A stretch of 64,000 nucleotides of DNA from Prevotella sp. UBA2456. GTDB lineage: Bacteria > Bacteroidota > Bacteroidia > Bacteroidales > Bacteroidaceae. The notes beneath the pieces are model-generated. The model saw only the letters and a list, made by a program, of their open reading frames with translations. It did not search any database and was not told the DNA's origin. Location of the stretch: assembly GCA_002342415.1 (NCBI GenBank), contig DDPY01000054.1, positions 26,662 to 90,661 of the forward strand, in the 5' to 3' direction. Every line of letters starts with the position of its first letter. Within the stretch, counting starts at the first letter, position 1. Of this stretch, positions 62,172-64,000 are shown piece by piece. The position numbers and the translations under genes are program-made.

Positions 62172-63113
62172 TTAGATGCACTGCAGGTTCTTGGCCAGCT
62201 GTTCAGTGCTGCTGGCTCCTACCAGTACCGAGGTCACGCCCTCTTGGCTCAGTATCCATCGCAGTGCCTTCGCGGCTAATGTCTGCTGCCCGGCCTGCGC
62301 TTCGGCATTCCATACCTTCAGCTGGGCCAGCAGTTCGGGAGTCAGCATGTCGGGACGCAGAAACTTCTCCTTCGCCATGCGCGAGTCTCGCGGGATGCCC
62401 TGCAGGTAGCGGTCGGTGAGCAGTCCTTGTGCCAACGGCGAGAAGGCGATGAATCCCACTCCCTCCTCGCGGCACAGTTGCAGTATACCCTCTTCTATGG
62501 GCTGACGGTGCAGCATGTTGAGCTTGCCCTGATAGATGAGCAGGGGCACATCGTGGCGGCGCAGATACTCGATGCCGTGACGCAGCGGCTCTAACGGCCA
62601 GTTGGAGATTCCCACGTAGAGCGCCTTCCCCTGTCGCACCACGTCGACCAGCGTCTGCAGGGTTTCGTCCAGCGGTGTGTTGGGGTCGTAGCGGTGTGAG
62701 TAGAACAAGTCGACATAGTCCAGATGCATGCGCCGCAGACTCTGGTCGAGCGAGGCCGTCAGATACTTGCGCGAGCCCCAGTTGCCATAGGGACCGGGCC
62801 ACATGTCGTAGCCTGCTTTCGTCGAGATGAACAGTTCGTCGCGATAGGGCCTCAGGTCTTGCTCCATCACCCGTCCGAAGGTCTCCTCTGCCGATCCGTA
62901 GGGAGGGCCGTAGTTGTTGGCCAGGTCGAAGTGGGTGATTCCGTGGTCGAAGGCATACCTTATTATATTACGCGAGCGCTCGTATGGGTCTACCCCTCCG
63001 AAGTTATGCCATAGTCCCAGGCTGACTTTGGGCAGCAGCACGCCGCTGCGCCCGCATCGTTCATACTGCATGCCGCTGTCATAGCGGTCGTCTTTTGCCA
63101 GATAGTTGCTCAT
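62172..63113 (-). CDS. Aldo/keto reductase (YghZ/MgrA-like)
   Basis: SLGLWHNFG, FDLANNYGPP.GSAE, STKAGYDMWPGPYG, FSPLAQGLL. Confidence 0.93.
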   Translation of the reverse strand: MSNYLAKDDRYDSGMQYERCGRSGVLLPKVSLGLWHNFGGVDPYERSRNIIRYAFDHGITHFDLANNYGPPYGSAEETFGRVMEQDLRPYRDELFISTKAGYDMWPGPYGNWGSRKYLTASLDQSLRRMHLDYVDLFYSHRYDPNTPLDETLQTLVDVVRQGKALYVGISNWPLEPLRHGIEYLRRHDVPLLIYQGKLNMLHRQPIEEGILQLCREEGVGFIAFSPLAQGLLTDRYLQGIPRDSRMAKEKFLRPDMLTPELLAQLKVWNAEAQAGQQTLAAKALRWILSQEGVTSVLVGASSTEQLAKNLQCI

Positions 63114-63193
63114 GTCTTTTGATTCGTTTTAGGATTGAGATTGCGAAGTTACGAATAAAAAATGAGTTGACCAAGAAGTCAACTCATTTTCTT

Positions 63194-64000
63194 TTATTTC
63201 TTCACCAGTTTTACCTGTCCTTGGAGTCCGCTGGCTACGGGAGTCCAGTCGGCATAGGTCGTTTTCTTGTAGTTGATGTCCACGATGTTGATCTCCTTCA
63301 TCTTCCGCCACTGCACACCTCGGCGGTCCATGTCGGCAATACGGTTGGCGGGAAGATTGGTCACTTCGATGCGCAGTTCGTTCTGGCCTTTGCGCAGGGC
63401 ATCCCCGCAGTCGAGCACGCAGGGCACTGCCCACGCACAGCCTAAGAACTGGCCGTTCAGGTAGACGCGAGCCGACTCGCGCACGTCGCCCAGATCTATC
63501 TGCCACCGTTGCTGCGACTGCTTTCTGTCTAACTGGAAGGTGGTGGTGTAGACACCCGTGCCCATCGTGACGGCTGTCTCGCTGCTCAGCCCTTCCCATG
63601 TCTGGAGGGATGCGAGCTGGAAGGTCTGTGTCACGCGTGGCTGCTCCTCGATGAAGGAGAGCATCCAGGGACCCTTGATGGCTATCTCCTCGCACTCATG
63701 CGGTGTGGCGGCTGCGGGCTGCGGTCCTGTCTTGGCCGAGGTGGTCAGTATCACCGACTCGCCCGACCGCAGGCAGAGGTCTACCTTGCCATCGACGATG
63801 CGGGCGGGCGAAACCGCTCCCGTCATGGCATCATAGCAGGTGGCGCTCTTGAAGTCGACGCCCAGCGCTACTGGCTGATGGAAGTCGCGAGGGGTCAGGT
63901 TGGCAATAAAATAATGGTAGCCGTCAGCATTTCTGCGACGGATGGCGCGGAGTCCCTGTTGGCGCATCTGCTCTGCCTTTGCCCTCTGAGCCATTGCCTG
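63194..64000 (-). CDS. C-terminal part of a glycosyl hydrolase (GH106/GH2-like beta-sandwich), 5' truncated by window
   Basis: IDLGDVRESARVYLNG..LG.AW.VP, NELRIEVTNLPANRI, SGLQGQV. Confidence 0.8.
   Translation of the reverse strand, partial: QAMAQRAKAEQMRQQGLRAIRRRNADGYHYFIANLTPRDFHQPVALGVDFKSATCYDAMTGAVSPARIVDGKVDLCLRSGESVILTTSAKTGPQPAAATPHECEEIAIKGPWMLSFIEEQPRVTQTFQLASLQTWEGLSSETAVTMGTGVYTTTFQLDRKQSQQRWQIDLGDVRESARVYLNGQFLGCAWAVPCVLDCGDALRKGQNELRIEVTNLPANRIADMDRRGVQWRKMKEINIVDINYKKTTYADWTPVASGLQGQVKLVKK

Overview
Chromosomal segment from a Bacteroidota organism, most likely Prevotella-like (inferred from gene content, type III glutamine synthetase, T9SS-type C-termini and many TAnnTTTG -7 promoter elements). 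The housekeeping backbone is gltB-gltD-dapF-dapL-glnN, corA, pepD, rsmA, MATE, GH36, dnaK, recA, mnmA, rsgA and frr. It also carries pectin/glycan enzymes (CE8-PL1, PL1, GH2, GH106-like). No rRNA, tRNA, CRISPR array or transposase/integrase was seen. Five things stand out. (1) Four tandem orphan sensor kinases form two pairs, each a His-to-Tyr pseudokinase followed by a canonical kinase. (2) A divergent HU-like gene and VirE/VapE primase-helicase-like gene are separated by ~105-bp inverted arms built of CCTACAT repeats. (3) Next to these, an AT-rich array of gene fragments, a TA pair and a Fic gene has junctions that fall at repeated palindromes. (4) Tandem 7-9-mer and REP-like repeats are inserted in frame in at least seven conserved genes. 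(5) There are several unannotated small ORFs, a candidate sRNA and structured leaders. All product calls come from recognising motifs by eye; no database search was run.
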